From Octopus sinensis (taxonomy: Eukaryota), in assembly GCF_006345805.1 (NCBI RefSeq), contig NC_042997.1, positions 188,914,001-188,978,000 on the forward strand: DNA of 64,000 nt, written 5' to 3'. The translations under genes were made by a program, and so were the position numbers. This document shows, piece after piece, positions 63,601 to 64,000 of the stretch; within the stretch, counting starts at the first letter, position 1, and each line of letters starts with the position of its first letter. Under the pieces are notes generated by a model. It had not been told where the DNA came from. It was given only the letters and a program-made list of their open reading frames with translations, and ran no database searches.

Positions 63601-64000
63601 TGGCCGAATATGCGTCGCACAATTACTTGTTGGACACGCACCTGCTCCAAGTGTCAACGATCCAAGATTCAACGGCACGTTCGTGCCCCGCTTGGACAAT
63701 TCCCCCCACGGATGCCCGTTTTCGCCATGTCCACATCGATCTGGTTGGACCATGGCCTGTGAGTCGCGGGTTCTCTTATCTATTAACTTGTGTCGATCGT
63801 TTCTCCCGCTGGCCAGAAGCCATTCCGATAGCAGACATTTCTGCTGAGACTGTTGCGCGAGCTTTCGTTTCAAACTGGATTTCTCGCTTCGGAGTCCCGT
63901 CCCGATTGACAACTGATCGTGGACGACAGTTTGAGGCCTCGCTATTTCGCGAATTGTCGCGAATTTTGGGTATGCACCATATCCACACCACAAGCTACCA
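60236..64000 (+). mobile_element. Ty3/Gypsy LTR retrotransposon (gag-pol), continues beyond the window
   Basis: gag ATG 61036 (LPSFTGDMGLWFAQVE); protease MVDTGS; RT YVDD 62508-62519; RNase H VDASD/TDHKPL; integrase H..SHPG...C..C and [10 protein letters not shown]. Confidence 0.96.

Overview
AT-rich, repeat-dominated animal genomic DNA. The SINE/LINE/MITE complement strongly resembles Octopus (coleoid cephalopod); this is an inference from recognised repeat motifs, not a database result. One host protein-coding gene is well supported: sulfiredoxin (SRXN1/Srx), + strand, with coding exons 23032-23283 and 35002-35211, an 11.7 kb intron, a presequence-like N-terminus and a probable 3'-UTR intron. 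The rest is transposon-derived: three Ty3/Gypsy LTR elements with tRNA-Trp primer sites (one nearly intact, running off the window end); CR1, RTE, R4/Dong and I/Jockey-like LINE fragments; a mariner remnant; at least four tRNA-derived SINE families; Merlin-like, piggyBac-like, hAT and foldback MITEs; a Helentron-like element; and many microsatellites. Most notable observations: a tandem pair of minimal hammerhead-ribozyme motifs with a non-canonical core 342 nt apart (Penelope/retrozyme-like), a tRNA-Glu-headed mini-SINE, head-less SINE concatemers sharing one junction, MITEs whose target-site duplications abut truncated ends, a spacerless 240-bp palindrome in the Srx intron, a U2 snRNA 5' fragment, and a possible divergent spliced non-coding transcript. 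Most ORF-track entries are spurious translations of repeats. Boundaries of elements lacking a TSD are approximate.
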